A stretch of 64,000 nucleotides of DNA. Source: a virus (lineage: Duplodnaviria; Caudoviricetes). Below, one piece after another: positions 29,732-40,065 of the stretch. The notes beneath the pieces are model-generated. The model was not told the DNA's origin. It did no database searches and worked only from the letters and a program-made list of their open reading frames with translations. The position numbers were made by a program, and so were the translations under genes. The first letter of the stretch is position 1. Every line of letters begins with the position of its first letter. The stretch covers positions 8,812 through 72,811 of the IMG/VR virus record IMGVR_UViG_3300025868_000002; one strand, written 5' to 3'.

Positions 29732-30700
29732 TTAGTACAGCCGTAACTTGAAAGCACCCTTCGGCTGCCAAATAGCAGCGGCGTACTTATGATCTGCCGT
29801 TATGTACTGAACTTTTCTGGAGTCATCGTCCCAAGTACCGGCCTCAAGACCGCGAAGTTGAGCCAATTCCCCAAGGCCACTACCAAGAACAAACACAGAA
29901 TTTTCGTCCGTGGGGGCAATCCCATATTTCTTATCAGCAACAGCCGGTAACCTAACAACATTAGCACCACGGTATGTCCCAATAAATCCTGTGCGCCAAT
30001 AGTCTAACTTTTGGCGTTCAGGCATAATATTCTGGAATGTGGTAAATTTAGTGATGGGGTTAACCTTAGTCGGGTGACCGATAACCGAGTATACACCGCC
30101 ACCTTCGGATTCCATCATATCAATGGCGTAATCCAAGGCGGCTTCTGTAAGCGACCCACCACTAAGACGAATCAGGTTGTCATTGCCAGATCCGCCAGTA
30201 ACATCAGTCATTGTAATCCCGTCAACACAGGCAGCCCAAACAGTATTAATCTTCAGGTGCAGCAATGCATTAGCAATACCTTCTCGCATAAGATTAATAC
30301 TATCATATGTGCCAAGCTCAAGATCCTCTTTAAGCATTTCAATGGTAACATGGTCATACCTACGCGGAACAGGAATGCTAACGATTTCGTTGTCAATCCT
30401 GACTGCCTCTTTATGACCACCAGATGTTACAGTCCTAGCCTCAAATCCAACGACATCCCTAAACTTAATGTTTGTCGTACTGGCAGGGTATGTTCTCTGT
30501 TCCAACATCAGTGGAGTGGGATCAACCAGGGTAACAAGATCTTCTGCCATTTTAACAATTTCAGAAGCAAAAGCGTATCTGTCCCCGGCACTCGCGGGGT
30601 TTTTCCAATCAATATTTTTCATCATGTCAAGCAGAGCAGCGTCATCTTCTGGAGACGCTAATCGTTGTGACAATTCTCTCGGGATTAAATTAGCAGCCAC
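29732..30700 (-). CDS. Major capsid protein (HK97 fold)
   Basis: 322 aa, highly expressed-type codon usage, followed by a terminator; pattern VIGHPTKVNPI...GFIGTYRGANVVRLP. Confidence 0.82.
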   Translation of the reverse strand: MAANLIPRELSQRLASPEDDAALLDMMKNIDWKNPASAGDRYAFASEIVKMAEDLVTLVDPTPLMLEQRTYPASTTNIKFRDVVGFEARTVTSGGHKEAVRIDNEIVSIPVPRRYDHVTIEMLKEDLELGTYDSINLMREGIANALLHLKINTVWAACVDGITMTDVTGGSGNDNLIRLSGGSLTEAALDYAIDMMESEGGGVYSVIGHPTKVNPITKFTTFQNIMPERQKLDYWRTGFIGTYRGANVVRLPAVADKKYGIAPTDENSVFVLGSGLGELAQLRGLEAGTWDDDSRKVQYITADHKYAAAIWQPKGAFKLRLY

Positions 30701-30730
30701 TATGTAGCCTCCTTATATTATCTTGCGTCA

Positions 30731-31276
30731 TTACACAAGCTCAACAGTAACCCAATCACCCTTTAACTCTATAAATCGAGCGCGGGCAACAACATTAGTG
30801 GTTGCTGTGGTTAATTGGCCATAATCAGTGAAATACAGGGCGGTACCGTAAGCCACCGAACTCCAAGTAATATCAGGAGCCATAAGGCCAATCTTAATAC
30901 CTGATGCATTGGTGTAATCAGTGCCAACATATTCCTGAATTCTAATTCCAGGTAACATCTTAAGGCCAATTATACCCTCTCCATCAGTAATATACTCAGA
31001 TGACAGGCTATTATGGGCAAAATAATCGTCCTCATTCGGCCATTTATAGCCAAGATAAAACATCTGAATTGTGCTAGATGCATCGGCAGAAGTAGCAATC
31101 TGCTTTAACTTCCTGTGACTCTGTACATACACAACACCTTCCGCACTTGTTGTATCCGCCGTATCCTCAACGCAACCAGCGAATTGCCACACAGTACCAG
31201 ATGCCAAATATTCGCCCTGGTGTGCCCAACTGGGGGCATGTAAAACACTTGTCTTATTCATGTGTCCTCCGATCAA
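30731..31276 (-). CDS. Putative capsid decoration protein (likely start 31261)
   Basis: Lies between the scaffold and capsid genes; GGAGG precedes the second Met; beta-tulip-like C-terminus GTALYFTDYGQL...VVARARFIE. Confidence 0.55.
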   Translation of the reverse strand: MIGGHMNKTSVLHAPSWAHQGEYLASGTVWQFAGCVEDTADTTSAEGVVYVQSHRKLKQIATSADASSTIQMFYLGYKWPNEDDYFAHNSLSSEYITDGEGIIGLKMLPGIRIQEYVGTDYTNASGIKIGLMAPDITWSSVAYGTALYFTDYGQLTTATTNVVARARFIELKGDWVTVELV

Positions 31277-31283
31277 TCAATAA

Positions 31284-33038
31284 TTATTCGTAAGTATTCA
31301 GAGCGTCAATCTTGTCTTTCCAGGCTTTTCTAGTTTTTGCAATAGACGTATCACCAGAAACAGTGTAACCTGTGTCTGTTTTCTTTGACGCTTGAACTGT
31401 TTTATCCACATTATCTTTTGTGGATGTTTCGCCTGTTTTAATATCGGTTATAGAAGATTCTCCTTTGGCTTCCTTAGAAGCAACAACGGTTTTCTTCATA
31501 ATAGAAACTGTGAAAGCTAACTGATCATCATCCAATGTCTTAGCATGGGAAATAAATGAGTCAATCTCATCAGCATCTTTAAATTCATAGCCAGAATCTT
31601 TAAGCTCTATTATAGCGTCAGTAGCCCGCTTTTCAATCTGAATAGCCGCAACAGCTTCTTCTGCCTCGCTAAGGGCCTTACCAGACTTTTCAAGTGACTC
31701 GCTTAATTTTAAGACCTCTTCTTCAAGCTCTTTGTTTTTATCTGTCAATTCATCTAACGAAGCTTCAAAAGCCTCTCTTTCATCTGAAATAAGGTCACTA
31801 ACCTTTGCCTCTAAAAGGGCATTAAATTCAGAACTAGCAACCATATCTTCAACAGAATTAAAATTTAATTCCATTCTCTTTCCTCCATTATTGGTTGGAA
31901 GTTTATTACTTCCTTGTTTTTCGCCGTTTTTTTGCAGACTTGCATTTGTAGAATTTAGATCTTTACGGTTCTCATATGTATTAACACTCGATTTAGATTT
32001 TTGTGCGTTTTTCCCACCTTCTAAATCTGTAACATCTAAAGACACACAATCTTTCCCGGCAGGTGTTAATGTGTATGCCCCACCAATAAAAGTAATATTA
32101 CGCAGTATTCTACTAAATGTTTCTGTTGCAAATCTCATTAATAAGTGGTCACAATAAGGATCTCCAGGCAAAAAATCTTTTCCACATGAAGAACATTGTA
32201 CACCACCTATTGCCAATTCAAAAGAATATCTGAGCATACCCTCCTCATTACGATTTTTTAACATTTCTGCTTCTCTAGGAAATCTCTCCTTAAACACATA
32301 AGCCTTTGCCCTTACAGCAACTTTACCACCAGTTTTTACTATTTTTACGGTTCCTGGTTTATTTGTTGGCTTTATCCTTACTAATTGGGAATCATAAAAG
32401 ATACCTTTTATGGCATCCGGGATGTGCTCCTCAACCAATGGCATACCAATTAATGTTAAGTATGACTTTTTAAGTTCTTCACCCAAAATCTGATCTTTGT
32501 TTCTATTAATACCTTCAGCAACTAAAATTAAATCTAAATATAATAAGTCAGATCTAGCAGGGGTATATTTAAGAGAAGTGTTTGATCCGGCATAAACAAG
32601 CTTATCAACTTCATTCTTAAAATTACGTTCAAAAAAATCTAATTCCCTACTTGATTCGGAATCTAATTTGTCATAAACTTTTGTGCTGACAGCGTCTAGT
32701 TTCATTGTGCTTAAATCTTCACTTGCAATTATGGAAGCAGCATTCTTAATCTGCTTCTTTGCTTCTTCAACTTTAAGAATACGATCAGCACTATATAGAA
32801 TTGATTCTACCATATTAGAAAATTCCTGCTTATTTTTCTTTCTGTACACATTTCCGTGTTTCTTAAATATTGAGGAAAATGCAGACTCAGACAGCTTATT
32901 TACCAAAGTGGGGTTACTAGATAATCCTTTAAATTTATCAGTTTCTGATAAAACATGCATAACTGACTTTCTTATTGAATCCATAGCTGCCGCTTTATCA
33001 ACAACTGACTGCCTATTTTTTGTTAAAGATTTTTTCAT
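31284..33038 (-). CDS. Prohead protease / scaffold fusion
   Basis: DLLYLDLILVAEGINRNKD...IGMPLVEEH, CSSCG...CDHL and FIGGA motifs, then an acidic coiled-coil scaffold C-terminus. Confidence 0.7.
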   Translation of the reverse strand: MKKSLTKNRQSVVDKAAAMDSIRKSVMHVLSETDKFKGLSSNPTLVNKLSESAFSSIFKKHGNVYRKKNKQEFSNMVESILYSADRILKVEEAKKQIKNAASIIASEDLSTMKLDAVSTKVYDKLDSESSRELDFFERNFKNEVDKLVYAGSNTSLKYTPARSDLLYLDLILVAEGINRNKDQILGEELKKSYLTLIGMPLVEEHIPDAIKGIFYDSQLVRIKPTNKPGTVKIVKTGGKVAVRAKAYVFKERFPREAEMLKNRNEEGMLRYSFELAIGGVQCSSCGKDFLPGDPYCDHLLMRFATETFSRILRNITFIGGAYTLTPAGKDCVSLDVTDLEGGKNAQKSKSSVNTYENRKDLNSTNASLQKNGEKQGSNKLPTNNGGKRMELNFNSVEDMVASSEFNALLEAKVSDLISDEREAFEASLDELTDKNKELEEEVLKLSESLEKSGKALSEAEEAVAAIQIEKRATDAIIELKDSGYEFKDADEIDSFISHAKTLDDDQLAFTVSIMKKTVVASKEAKGESSITDIKTGETSTKDNVDKTVQASKKTDTGYTVSGDTSIAKTRKAWKDKIDALNTYE

Positions 33039-33558
33039 ACAACGCCCCTAATCGTGTAAATAATGGTGGTTTAGCTATAACTATTAATTCTGACTCTTTG
33101 ATAAATTTTATGCTGTGGGTTTTACCCTTTCTTATTAAAGCAGAGTCACCGGAATATAACTTTTTCTCTGTAAATGATTTCTTACCACGACCTTCTATCT
33201 TTAATAGCACATCACCGGATAAACAATATATTAACTCATTAGAGCTTATATGTGAATGTTTAAATACTTTACTGCCCGGTTTATTACACACAATATGGAA
33301 GAAATCGTATCCTTTTTTTGCGTTATGTTCGATTAATCGTATATAAACAGACTCATCTGCAAGAAATTCCTTATTAGTGTCAAACCGCCTAGTACCAAAT
33401 AATTTAGAGACAAACTTGTCTTCCTTACTAATATCACTTCTTAATATTTTATTTTCCAGGATAGCTATCCTAGTATTGTACCTAAACTCAGAAATTCTGT
33501 GTGCCATTATTAAAAATCCATAAAAAAGTAGTATGTAAAAAAGAGTCACGTTAATCAC
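33013..33558 (-). CDS. Membrane-anchored cupin-domain protein (likely GTG start at 33558)
   Basis: N-terminal hydrophobic helix; cupin motifs KHSH...ELIYCLSG and GDSALIRKGKTH. Confidence 0.7.
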   Translation of the reverse strand: MINVTLFYILLFYGFLIMAHRISEFRYNTRIAILENKILRSDISKEDKFVSKLFGTRRFDTNKEFLADESVYIRLIEHNAKKGYDFFHIVCNKPGSKVFKHSHISSNELIYCLSGDVLLKIEGRGKKSFTEKKLYSGDSALIRKGKTHSIKFIKESELIVIAKPPLFTRLGALYEKIFNKK

Positions 33559-33712
33559 CTTCCCTCTTCTTTTCCAGCAAAATACCCAAAACCTTGTAAA
33601 CAGCGGAGACAAGTCTATCTAATTTTTTATTTACTGTTGTAAGCAAATAAACAGACACCACAATTGGAAAGCCAACCTGAGAAATTAGTTGTGTAATACT
33701 GTCATGCATCAT
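33551..33712 (-). CDS. Small single-TM protein, YvrJ/BhlA-like holin candidate (53 aa, not in the ORF track)
   Basis: Hand translation: MMHDSITQLISQVGFPIVVSVYLLTTVNKKLDRLVSAVYKVLGILLEKKREGD; the GFPIVVSVYLL...KLD signature is present. Confidence 0.7.
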   Translation of the reverse strand: MMHDSITQLISQVGFPIVVSVYLLTTVNKKLDRLVSAVYKVLGILLEKKREGD

Positions 33713-33724
33713 TTCAATCTTTCA

Positions 33725-35947
33725 TTATTCTGGCAAACCCCAATTTTTTGCTGATTTATCTAAAGGGGATTCAATATCATCTTCATTAGAGGATTCTCCC
33801 CAACACTCACATGATGGGTGAGGAGGGTATGTCGCAAAAAAATCATTAATAGAAAGTGTTTTATTATGCATTTCTGCACAATATGAGCAAGTTTTTTCCG
33901 ATAAAGCGGATTTCCACCTATATGCCTTTACACCGTCTTTCTTTGCTTTTGTTAATTCGCCAGCTATAACAGACTTATTATATATTGGCGAGCTATAAAG
34001 TCGTATTCTTTTAGTTTTAAACGCTGCCATTATCCCCCCCACTAAATCAGGAATAAGCGTGGCACGATGCTCTTTGTTTGTTGCTATAATAGAATCTACT
34101 TCCCTATGCATATCATCTATTAAATTATCAGAAAAAGAATCTATCCATTCAACAGCTGAATTCAATAAACTTTCATCAACTTTCTCACCAGAAACTTCAA
34201 AATAAAATAGTGACCTCATTTGAGATTTAATATTTGATTTAAATAAAAATCCATATGTGGAGAATATTGATTCAACCTGGTCATAAGATCTATTCTTTAG
34301 GGCAGAAACTAATTTTTTGCTAATGTTGTCATGTAAAGCGTATAAGAATTCATTAAAAGTTATAATGAGGTCTTCTCTGTCGGGTGAGTTTACGCTTGCT
34401 GTTGATTTTTGGCCACTAGGACCAGATACCTTACTTGGATTTGTGCTGTTATTCTTTACAGACCCATCGGGTGTGTTCTTGCTAAAAGGCAGAAACTCAG
34501 GTCCGCCAAATTGGCTTATCATGCCATCCTTTTTTTCAACGCTTCTCCTTGACAATTCAATATCATAGTCAAGATCAGCGTTTGTAACCGCCGACAATTC
34601 TGACATAAGCCCTCTATCATAAAAAATCTTAACCGCATCAAGAAGCTCTTTTAAATTATACAACTTCATACGAGAAAAAGAAAAACCTGGGTATTCATCT
34701 TCAAACCCATTTTTTATGGCAATTTTTCTCATAACCTGTGTTATCCAGGGAACAAGATAGGATACACGCACACCAGATAAGAATGCGATAAGGCCGAGGA
34801 ATTTCTGCCAATTTTCTGTGGAAGACGCTTCTCCATCAATAAGAACACGAGGGAATCCTAATGAGGATAAAATTTGCTCATTTGTTTCGGAGTATTTCTT
34901 CTCATAAGTTACTAATTCTTCTTTTGGGCCTATGTCAACTATATCAATATCATCTCCAGGCCACAAAAGTAAGTTATTAACTTTCGGAGACATAATTAAT
35001 CTTTCTAGCACAGCCAACCTATGGGGGGCAATAATACCAGTTTCAGTTTCAGCATCAATTTTTCCAGCTTTTATTATTGTGAGCCTATTAATTAATCCCT
35101 CAATAGTGTTGACCTCAAGGGCCTCTATCCGCTTCTTTGTTGATATAGGCCCAAACGCACGCCTAAAATAAGAAGTACCCCACTTAGAGAATGATTTAGC
35201 CCTCAACTTCATATGGGTAGTAAATGGCTCTTTATCGTCTGAAAATAAAGGTATGCCTTTACTATTCTTACCCAACTTAGGGCCAAATTTACTTCTTGAA
35301 TCAACCGATAAGTATATTTTTTCGTTACCATTTTTTAAAAACTCATCATCGTCTATTTCTATAGAAAGTGTATCATGAACTCGTATCTTATATGGTAATT
35401 TATAATAATCACCGTCTAACTCAACTGCGTCATCCCATATTTCGGATACAATAGCATCACCATCTGTAAACAGCCGCTCACAAATTTCTGAGAACACCTG
35501 GTGTATACCATGCGGCTTAATTACAGGAATCCCCTCATTTGTCATTAAATTATTAATATTATTCTTCCATTTGTTTAATAATATTAATAATTCTTCACTT
35601 TTTACGTGTTCAATATTACCCTGAGTAATGGTGAATGCAACTAATCTATCTAAAACTGTACCACATAAAGAATCTGTTTCAACTAATTTTCTTGCTAATT
35701 TGATTTCATTTATTTTTCTTGTATCATTTGTATCTGAATAATTACCAACATTTAGGTACTCCCTAACCTGCTTAAGCAAAAACTCAGTATCTTTTTTTAC
35801 GTTTTCGCTATAGTTTATAGCCAACGCCACAAAATAACTTGTAATGTTAGCCTGCCTAATTGCCAATTCATTTTGGGTTAGGTTTTCGTATTCCTCCATT
35901 GAACCAAGTGCGGTTATATCTGAAACCCAAAAGCTATCTTTACCCAT
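33725..35947 (-). CDS. Portal protein with a fused C-terminal MuF/gp7-type minor head domain
   Basis: Follows the terminase; portal motifs WGTSYF and LSSLGFPRVLIDG; C-terminal YRWKSALSEKTCSYC...PPHPSCEC. Confidence 0.82.
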   Translation of the reverse strand: MGKDSFWVSDITALGSMEEYENLTQNELAIRQANITSYFVALAINYSENVKKDTEFLLKQVREYLNVGNYSDTNDTRKINEIKLARKLVETDSLCGTVLDRLVAFTITQGNIEHVKSEELLILLNKWKNNINNLMTNEGIPVIKPHGIHQVFSEICERLFTDGDAIVSEIWDDAVELDGDYYKLPYKIRVHDTLSIEIDDDEFLKNGNEKIYLSVDSRSKFGPKLGKNSKGIPLFSDDKEPFTTHMKLRAKSFSKWGTSYFRRAFGPISTKKRIEALEVNTIEGLINRLTIIKAGKIDAETETGIIAPHRLAVLERLIMSPKVNNLLLWPGDDIDIVDIGPKEELVTYEKKYSETNEQILSSLGFPRVLIDGEASSTENWQKFLGLIAFLSGVRVSYLVPWITQVMRKIAIKNGFEDEYPGFSFSRMKLYNLKELLDAVKIFYDRGLMSELSAVTNADLDYDIELSRRSVEKKDGMISQFGGPEFLPFSKNTPDGSVKNNSTNPSKVSGPSGQKSTASVNSPDREDLIITFNEFLYALHDNISKKLVSALKNRSYDQVESIFSTYGFLFKSNIKSQMRSLFYFEVSGEKVDESLLNSAVEWIDSFSDNLIDDMHREVDSIIATNKEHRATLIPDLVGGIMAAFKTKRIRLYSSPIYNKSVIAGELTKAKKDGVKAYRWKSALSEKTCSYCAEMHNKTLSINDFFATYPPHPSCECWGESSNEDDIESPLDKSAKNWGLPE

Positions 35948-36230
35948 TTGTATCCCTTACCTTTTTTGAAATCTCATGGATACCCATGGCAGATGCACCA
36001 ACGTATATCCCGGAAGCAATATTCTGAAAAATCCTAACGTAGACAGATTCAGATGTCACACTAAATAATTGTGTATTTATGATAAATGAAAATAACACTC
36101 CTAAAAGAATAGCTGTAATAAACCAAGTTCTAGGATTTGTGAAAAAAAATTGTTTTGTTATAGAAATAATTGTTTTTATTAAAATTGATGCTATGGCAAG
36201 ATTACCAACTAAAAGATCTTGTGTTTCCAT
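35940..36230 (-). CDS. Holin-like membrane protein
   Basis: 96 aa with 2-3 TM segments; GIYVGASAMGIHEISKK C-terminus typical of phage holins. Confidence 0.65.
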   Translation of the reverse strand: METQDLLVGNLAIASILIKTIISITKQFFFTNPRTWFITAILLGVLFSFIINTQLFSVTSESVYVRIFQNIASGIYVGASAMGIHEISKKVRDTNG

Positions 36231-36700
36231 TACTCAACTCCAATACAAATATCATCATGTAGTTTTATGTAAAATGTCTTTATTAATGGTGATTCTAACT
36301 CTGTAAATTTACTATTTACTTTATCTTTTATATGTGTTATCTTATACTTTAAGGCAAAAACAGACTCAAGTATAGTATTAGTTTTTGTCCCTATATCAAA
36401 CACAGCCGTTTTTAACGGCAAAATACTAATAATTTCATTCTTTGTCTCTTCCTCAAGGCTATACACATACCCACCAAGTGCAAGTGAAAGGCAAAGTCTA
36501 TCCCCTAACTTACCTATAATAACCCCCTTTTGGGGCAAGATTGTAATATATACATTGTCTATCTTCCATATAATCCATACAATAACTTTATATATATTGT
36601 CTAATAAGGTAGTTTGGGGTGTAACATAATCCCTTCCCCAATCTTTTATGTCTATTTCTTCATGTATACCTTCATTATTTATAAAAGCCAAGCGTAACAT
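36230..36700 (-). CDS. Hypothetical protein
   Basis: 156-aa coupled ORF. Confidence 0.5.
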   Translation of the reverse strand: MLRLAFINNEGIHEEIDIKDWGRDYVTPQTTLLDNIYKVIVWIIWKIDNVYITILPQKGVIIGKLGDRLCLSLALGGYVYSLEEETKNEIISILPLKTAVFDIGTKTNTILESVFALKYKITHIKDKVNSKFTELESPLIKTFYIKLHDDICIGVE

Positions 36701-36708
36701 ATTAACTC

Positions 36709-37230
36709 CTAAGTATATTGATACAAAAGTTTATATTTCCATGAAGCCGTACCTGTAGTTTTACCAGCCTCTACAACAACAGCAGTATACAAAAACTGCG
36801 TATATGCTGGGTCGTCATATTCATTATATCCCAAGAATGTGTAAATATTTGGAACTGACGGAACAGAAGTTGGAGCTGTTGCCCAATCACCAACCATGGA
36901 ATATATATCAGAATCATTATATGTACTTGGATCTGTAAAAATATTACTTGCATAATACATATGTGTCATATCGGATGAAACCGCATTTTGGTCAGATATA
37001 TAATACTTAAAATTTGTAACATAATTACCGGCACCATGCCCGGAGAATAAAAACCGTCTAACTTCACAATTAAAGTTGCCAATAGTTGAATCTAATGTGC
37101 TTTTACCTGACCCAGGAAGATTTCGCGCAACCCAATAATTAGAACCTGCTACTAAGTTTGTTGCTCGTGTAGAGTCTATAACGGTGCCATCTGTATACAT
37201 AATCTCATTAATTGTAGTGGGTTGTCCCAT
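36709..37230 (-). CDS. Hypothetical, probably virion-associated beta-sandwich protein
   Basis: T/Y/S-rich 173-aa ORF with GGAG RBS. Confidence 0.45.
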   Translation of the reverse strand: MGQPTTINEIMYTDGTVIDSTRATNLVAGSNYWVARNLPGSGKSTLDSTIGNFNCEVRRFLFSGHGAGNYVTNFKYYISDQNAVSSDMTHMYYASNIFTDPSTYNDSDIYSMVGDWATAPTSVPSVPNIYTFLGYNEYDDPAYTQFLYTAVVVEAGKTTGTASWKYKLLYQYT

Positions 37231-37232
37231 TT

Positions 37233-39140
37233 CTACCTCCCAATTATTGGCCCAACGGATACCATTCTAGGTACTGGCATTTTGTCAAAGACCTTTTTCT
37301 TTTCTATTTTTTCATTTTTTCCACAATAAGAAAGTAAAGCATCTACAGCATACATGGTAGAGCTAAACAAATCCTTGTATCCCTTTTCCAATGATTCATC
37401 CGTAGATTTATGATCTGGAACGTAATATTTTCTCCAACCACCGCCCACAGGGCGAGATTTTATCTTACCAAATTGGCCCCTTAAAGCAAGTAAATCAGAG
37501 TATACCGTGTTCAACTCCTCATTTGGGTGTATGCTCACCATTCTTGGCATGTATAGCTTTTTTGATTGCATCATTGCTTTTACTTTAGATACGGTAACCG
37601 TGTTGTATTCTGCTGATGCATTAACTAATCTAAGCATATCCCTCCCATTAGGTATATTTTTTGCTTTTTCATCATTTACTTTATCGACAATCGGGACGAA
37701 ATTATTAGATTCTGGCTCTCTAAGCATATCCCGTAACGCTGTTCCACCACCGCGCTTATCCATATGAAATAACACAACATTAAAGATTTCTATACAAGTT
37801 AAAATTTTATTTAGCATATCGCTATAGCTCATATGGCTCTTTGCAAAAGCGTAGACTATATTATCAAACATATTACCTTGAGTTGTCCCTGGTCTAATAA
37901 TAGTTATCCCAAATTTATCGCTCTCTGTCGCAACATCGACACCCATAACGGTAGGTAGTCTGCAACTTAACAATGGCTCCAAGGGGGCGGAAAAATCCTT
38001 ACTTTTTATAAATCCCCTCATTTCATTCAAATATTCAGGAAATAAAAGATCAGCGTTTGGCGTATCATGGTCCTCAAATTCTATACTATCAGATATTGAC
38101 TGTAGAAGTAAATAAGGGAATTCTTTGCTTCCTAATTTAATAGGCACATTCTTATTTTCTGCTAACCAATCCTCTATGCTTACGGTATCAGAAAATTTAC
38201 CCGACTCGATCTCTTCTATGTTTATTCTAAAATAAAATTTTAGCTTATTTTCTTCTAGCAACTTATTAACAACACTAACTGTGTATTGTCTTGGCCTTCG
38301 GATACCTTTCTGTAAGGAAAAAGAATCCTCATAATTAAATTCCACAACACAGTATTTACCCCTTTGCAATCTTGGGCAAAACCCATATGTCTTTAAATCT
38401 TGATCATCAACCATTTTTGCCATATATTCATCAATAATTTCATAATAATAGTCATCAGTATACCTAATTGTACCACAATACATAAAAGTATTACCTATAA
38501 CATTATGTGTTTTTTCATTATCTGAAAAAGGATCAGATAAAACGTTAGCAAACGGATGTATAACCTTAGTAACTTGGAATTTAGTAAAATCCCTCATCTC
38601 ATCTAAACGTATGTCATTTGCTCTTAAGCCAAGCAATGAATTGCCTTTTTTACCTATAGGCCCGGTAACAATTTGCGAACCATTTTTTAGGTGAACTCTC
38701 CACACATCATTCTGACCTTTATTAATTATCTTTGATGGAGTCCTACAAGATCTATTGCCAAATCCTTTGCGATGAACCTGCATACCCATAGTATCAGATA
38801 ATATTTTTTCTATACCAGAATCCTCAAATATCATGCGACCTTGACGAAATTGTGGCCCCAAAACAAGTTGAGTTCTACTGGGGTATAAAATACTTTTTAA
38901 AATTGAAACAACAGCATTAATTGTAGATTTCATCATGCCACGAGATAAAAGCAATACAGAGTGATCGCAGAACCACGTAGCTTTTAATGCTATTCTAAAA
39001 TGGGGGGAACTTACAGGCAAGCCTAAAATATCTCTTACAGCAAGCACAGGATGCCTGCGGTAAAAGTATACCATTTGCAGTCCTTCTAATTTTTCCTTAC
39101 GTGTAAGGTGTACTTCCTTTAATTTGTTTTTTTGTACCAA
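37233..39140 (-). CDS. terL: Terminase large subunit
   Basis: YRRHPVLAVRDILG, Walker A-like SRGMMKST, Walker B LRANDIRLDE, RNase H-like nuclease MGVDVA. Confidence 0.88.
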   Translation of the reverse strand: MVQKNKLKEVHLTRKEKLEGLQMVYFYRRHPVLAVRDILGLPVSSPHFRIALKATWFCDHSVLLLSRGMMKSTINAVVSILKSILYPSRTQLVLGPQFRQGRMIFEDSGIEKILSDTMGMQVHRKGFGNRSCRTPSKIINKGQNDVWRVHLKNGSQIVTGPIGKKGNSLLGLRANDIRLDEMRDFTKFQVTKVIHPFANVLSDPFSDNEKTHNVIGNTFMYCGTIRYTDDYYYEIIDEYMAKMVDDQDLKTYGFCPRLQRGKYCVVEFNYEDSFSLQKGIRRPRQYTVSVVNKLLEENKLKFYFRINIEEIESGKFSDTVSIEDWLAENKNVPIKLGSKEFPYLLLQSISDSIEFEDHDTPNADLLFPEYLNEMRGFIKSKDFSAPLEPLLSCRLPTVMGVDVATESDKFGITIIRPGTTQGNMFDNIVYAFAKSHMSYSDMLNKILTCIEIFNVVLFHMDKRGGGTALRDMLREPESNNFVPIVDKVNDEKAKNIPNGRDMLRLVNASAEYNTVTVSKVKAMMQSKKLYMPRMVSIHPNEELNTVYSDLLALRGQFGKIKSRPVGGGWRKYYVPDHKSTDESLEKGYKDLFSSTMYAVDALLSYCGKNEKIEKKKVFDKMPVPRMVSVGPIIGR

Positions 39141-40065
39141 GTCTCTTTCGTCCAGTCATTTCTAAAGCTTCTTCCAGAGAGTAACCCCCAGAGATAGTGC
39201 GAAATGCCTTGAGAGAAATTTCTCTTTCTCCATCAGGGTCTAATCGTTCATACTTATCAAGAAGCATATTTAATTCTTCAATTAGAAAATCATATTCTAC
39301 ATTTTGGTATTCCCTCAATGTCTCATCATAAACAGTTGCCAATTCAGCTATACTTCCCTTCTGCCGTTCCGCACCTAAACTTAGCCTATCTTTTTTAGAT
39401 AATCCCAATAATGTAACATAATTTTTTAACTGATCTGATAATTCCTTTACGCTTAAGTCAGTCCTTGAATTTGCTAATAATGAAGTCTGTGCTTTTTCAA
39501 TTAATAGCTGTGTTATCACTAGATTTCGCAGAATATCCCTATCTATAGCGGAATCTAAATCAAAATCATTTATGTAAGTCTGCATCCTACTTCTAATCTC
39601 ATTATCATCGGTGCGAAATTCATATGAAATTCTATCAACGATAGTATTTTTGCCAACGGTAACAGGATTGTTAGTGGGGCTAGAAGATGCCTCTTCTTTT
39701 ATTTCCGATAGTATATTATCCCTTTTTCTTTGCTCATTGTCAAAAAATTCTCTGCCGCCAGGTCCCAATATTGCTAAAACTCTAGTCTTAAGCTTGTAGG
39801 GACAATTTTTCCACTGCATATAAGTTTTCGCTTTAGAAAACTTATTCTTTTTTGTGTAGCCATATAAGGCTAAAAAGAGTACTTCGTATGCAGCCCATTT
39901 AGGTGATTCTGCCGCATTTCTTTGCTTCTTTGTTATGGAAGATGTCTTACTATTTTTTATACCAAGAAAATATAAGTATATTGTTTGGTACATATCCTCT
40001 ATCTCACCTAATCGTATATTAAAAATGGGGCTCTCTAATCCGTACAATTTTTCATCAGTTATCAT
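39097..40065 (-). CDS. Putative terminase small subunit
   Basis: Helical protein directly upstream of and overlapping terL. Confidence 0.45.
   Translation of the reverse strand: MITDEKLYGLESPIFNIRLGEIEDMYQTIYLYFLGIKNSKTSSITKKQRNAAESPKWAAYEVLFLALYGYTKKNKFSKAKTYMQWKNCPYKLKTRVLAILGPGGREFFDNEQRKRDNILSEIKEEASSSPTNNPVTVGKNTIVDRISYEFRTDDNEIRSRMQTYINDFDLDSAIDRDILRNLVITQLLIEKAQTSLLANSRTDLSVKELSDQLKNYVTLLGLSKKDRLSLGAERQKGSIAELATVYDETLREYQNVEYDFLIEELNMLLDKYERLDPDGEREISLKAFRTISGGYSLEEALEMTGRKRLGTKKQIKGSTPYT

Noticed and set aside
30011-30661. 216-aa antisense ORF over the capsid gene, and the other short opposite-strand or alternate-frame ORFs in the track
   Set aside because: These are shadows of strongly biased real genes; they have no motifs or RBS.
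37096-37122. P-loop-like NLPGSGKST in the 173-aa protein
   Set aside because: The first Gly is missing, there is no Walker B, and the composition is that of a beta-rich virion protein.
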